Assembly: GCA_036867785.1 (NCBI GenBank)
Contig: CP145411.1
Span: 558,001-622,000 of the forward strand
Source of the DNA: Plasmodiophora brassicae
Lineage: Eukaryota
Direction: 5' to 3'
DNA length: 64,000 nt
Below are positions 60,973-64,000 of this stretch, piece after piece; within the stretch, counting starts at the first letter, position 1, and each line of letters starts with the position of its first letter. The notes beneath the pieces are model-generated. The model worked only from the letters and a program-made list of their open reading frames with translations. It ran no database searches and was not told the DNA's origin. Position numbers and translations under genes: made by a program.

Positions 60973-63068
60973 ATGTTGTTCGTGCCTTTGAAATTGACCA
61001 TTGCGCTTCTTCTAGGAGCAGCTGTCACCGATGCTGGGTGCTACTGTTCGGGTGCGGGAGACCCCCATTACATGTACGTTCCATTTGCATCGCTACGCGA
61101 TACCAAACATCAGGTTGACGCCGCTATGCCAGAATGTGTGACCAAAAGACTCGTTACGATTTCCAGTGGGAGGGCCTGTTTGTCGGGTTCCAGTCGGAGG
61201 ACGTCCTTCTTCAGGTCCAGCAGAGCTTTCCTCGCGTAAGTTCCAGTGCTATTTATTCGGATCGCGCTGACAGTCTCTTTAGCCGGACGAGAACCCTATG
61301 TATGGTGAAGAGCCTCAGTTCACACACGTCGACTACTGCAACATTCGGATTACCCGGGAAGGGTGTACATTTGTGATGACTACGGCTACGCAAGCTGACA
61401 AGCAGCACGCCACGATCAACGGTCTGTCCTTGGTACCGCGATACGAAGAGTCATTGCTAACGACGGTGCCCTCGTCAGGTCACAAACTGGCGCTCAGCGA
61501 GATGAGTGACTGGGTTAAGAAGAATGTCGACCCGAAAATGAAGATCAGTGTCGACACGGCGAAGGACATCAACCAGTGGGACCAGTCGATCTCTGTCGCT
61601 AGTATCAAGTTTATGTCCGGGAATACGCCCATGCAAATCGATTGCGGCCCTGAAATGTTTGTTGTGGTAAGTGTGGCCTCGAGACAACCGTGTGTGCTCA
61701 GTCGATGACCTTGTAATCAGCACGCGCCTGACGTCAACACCTGCAGTGGCCTGTGTGGGTCTTGCACGGGTAGCCGTCAGCAGGTGCCCAAAGATTTCAA
61801 CACTTACAAGGCGGGTGGTGCGATATCGCACCAGAATGCAGGGTGCCCACCGACACCAGCGCCTACTCCGATGCCAACGCCAGCGCCCACTCCAAAGCCG
61901 ACACCGGCGCCAACGCCAGCACCTACACCGGCTCCCACGCCCGCGCCCACGCCTGCACCAACGCCTGCGCCAACGCCAAAACCCACTCCAGGCCCTACGC
62001 CTGCACCGACGCCGAAGCCCACGCCAGCACCGACGCCTGCGCCAACGCCTGCACCGACCCCCGCTCCAACACCAGCGCCGACACCTGCACCAACTCCTCA
62101 GCCGACGCCACAGCCCACACCGCAACCAACGTAGGATCCGCCTTCTCGTTCCAAATCGTTATATGCTAATAGCTGACACAGGCCGGCGCCGACGTACGCG
62201 CCTCCCACAGTGCCGCCTCCTCCAGTCAAGCAGTGCAACGAATCTATTGTCGTAAGTGATGCTCTGTAATTCCATATCTCCTTCTCACTGTGCATTGCTT
62301 ACTAGGTGCAACATCCTTGCTTCGAGAGCGAAGTCGTTCTTAAGAAGGTATAGAGTCTCACCGTCAGCTTGATGCATCCTTGTTCATGACATTGCTCTAC
62401 AGGTTGTCACTGCCTGTCTGTGCGGTCAGCCGAAGGAGATGATCGACAGCGACCCGCTCTTCGGTGGATTCGTCGAGAACTGCGTTTACGACAAGTCATT
62501 GGGCCCTGGCATGGAGAAGTCCGCATCGGTCAACATGATCGCTTACCTCAAGCACAAGACTATGCCTCCTGTGGTCACGTTGAACACTTCTGCCCCTGCG
62601 ACGTCGGCCCCTGCAACATCGGCTCCTGCAACGTCGGCTCCTGCAACGTCGGCCCCTGCAACGTCGGCCCCTGGTCCTCAGACGTCGCCCTCTGTTCCGT
62701 CGAACTTCTCGGTGACGGCCATCATGCAGCAGCATGTAACGGTGAAGGCTCTCGACATCCCTGCAGGGTCAGGTGTCACATACCAGCTGAAGTACGTGGT
62801 GCCACTCGTAACGAGCGCTCCGCTCGTTCCCGCTCTGCAACCGCGCCCGATCAAGTTTACGGGTGCCGCCGCCAAGCCCATGCCGAGCTCGCCGACCACA
62901 AGCTCGCCGTCCGAGAGCTCGTCGTCCTCGTCAGCCGATGGCTCCGGCGCCACCGACTCCAACGTCAACCTGGCCAGCAACGTCAAACCAGTAGGCGGCC
63001 ACACCATCACGGACGACCACCTCAAGGTCCGCTTCGACCTTGACGCGCCTATGATTGTCGTCTCGTAA
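60973..63068 (+). CDS. Secreted VWD-like, mucin-like Pro/Thr-rich glycoprotein
   Basis: Signal peptide, [11 protein letters not shown]...RYDFQWEG and CSGLCG (VWD-like), (PTPA)n and (APATS)n repeats. Confidence 0.75.
61848..62130 (+). repeat. 12-bp coding tandem repeat encoding PTP(A/K/Q/G/M)
   Basis: More than 20 units; third positions vary, as expected for a coding repeat. Confidence 0.9.
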
Positions 63069-64000
63069 ACACCAGCAGCAGTAAAACGTCATTATCTGCT
63101 GCTGAGTGAAGCGACTGCCTAGCTGCTCTGCGTGCGTAGCGTTACACGACGGGCTGGTAACAGACCCGGCCGGCCCGGGTCCTGCCAGCTCACACTGCAA
63201 AACGGCATGACGGGAGCTGTGCGCGACGATGTTGTCGAAGGCGGGGTTCGCCGCCACATCGACGGCGTTGTCGACGCCCGTGGGTACCCGGCGCCGCTGC
63301 TGCGAGCTCTAGAGCTGTCAAGGACATCGGCGTCTGGGCCGACTGACGTCACGGTCTCAGATGCCGGTGGAGCTTGCTTGTTCTGGCGGAAGAAATCCAA
63401 GGCGGAGATCCCCATCGTACGATGTGGTCCAGTGTGTTTCTGAGTTTCTGTTAAACCCTGCGTTCAGGAAGATGCAATTGATCCAATTTGGATCCGTCTG
63501 TGGGTCTTCCAAATAGTCGCTTTGATGGACTGGTGAGCGTGCTCGATCGTCTATTACGGATCAGTGCCCCTGAGGTTGACGCAGGTTCCACAGACGAAGC
63601 AATACCATGTCGTTTATTGTCCCGCCTAGCGCCATATTTCGTGGCCACCTTGCCAAAAGTCTTGTCGAGCGGCATAGCACTCGACTGACGATTACTACTG
63701 CTGTGCTCGAAACATTTGCAAGCGTATCGTCTAAGCTGGTCAGCTGGGACGATGACGAATGTCGGTATCGTACATCGCCGCGTTTTGGCTACGTATTTCA
63801 TTTATGGTTGTTGGCAGACGGAGCATATTCTGATTGGTCGGCGCCGGAGCAACTGTTAGGAAGCGGGACATCAACAGGGTTTACGGATCTGTGGAAACTG
63901 GGGTTTGCGATCACCTCTACCTGCGTAATGTGCAACTTACATTGGAAAGGTGCCTTTTGTACGAATTTCATGGTCGCGGCGCTCCGTTCGGTGACGGATC

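Noticed and set aside
63119-64000. Possible gene fragments at the window end
   Set aside because: May be part of a minus-strand gene entering the window, but no family or reliable structure is recognisable.

Overview
Gene-dense eukaryotic DNA: GC-rich, with many short (about 50-60 nt) GT-AG introns and very short intergenic spacers. Ciliary genes (TCTEX1D2-like, Moonraker-like) imply a flagellated stage. The overall style suggests a compact protist genome such as a plasmodiophorid (Plasmodiophora-like); this is inference only. Housekeeping genes: SPCS2, RPT2, PITP-like, TCTEX1D2, Exo70, a vacuolar sorting receptor, two fatty-acid elongases, a BtaB-like methyltransferase, SET1-like, NDUFA12, two LMBR1-like genes, NSE1, NSUN2/Trm4, NPL4, mS25-like and NIPA. 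Three dispersed 5S rRNA genes are present. The accessory content is the most interesting part: (i) an intron-poor island at 11.6-16.4 kb with a GT32 glycosyltransferase, a DXO/Rai1-like gene with altered catalytic motifs, a Ty1/copia fold-back insertion bounded by a 13-bp direct repeat, and a DUF1917 (eIF4E-like) protein with a signal peptide; (ii) three dispersed genes for signal peptide + PA-like ectodomain + about 7 TM receptors; (iii) two independent retrotransposon fold-back hairpins; (iv) two small MITE-like elements; (v) a gapless pre-miRNA-like hairpin near 1.9 kb. Gene boundaries were read by eye across introns, and family assignments come from recalled motifs, not database searches.
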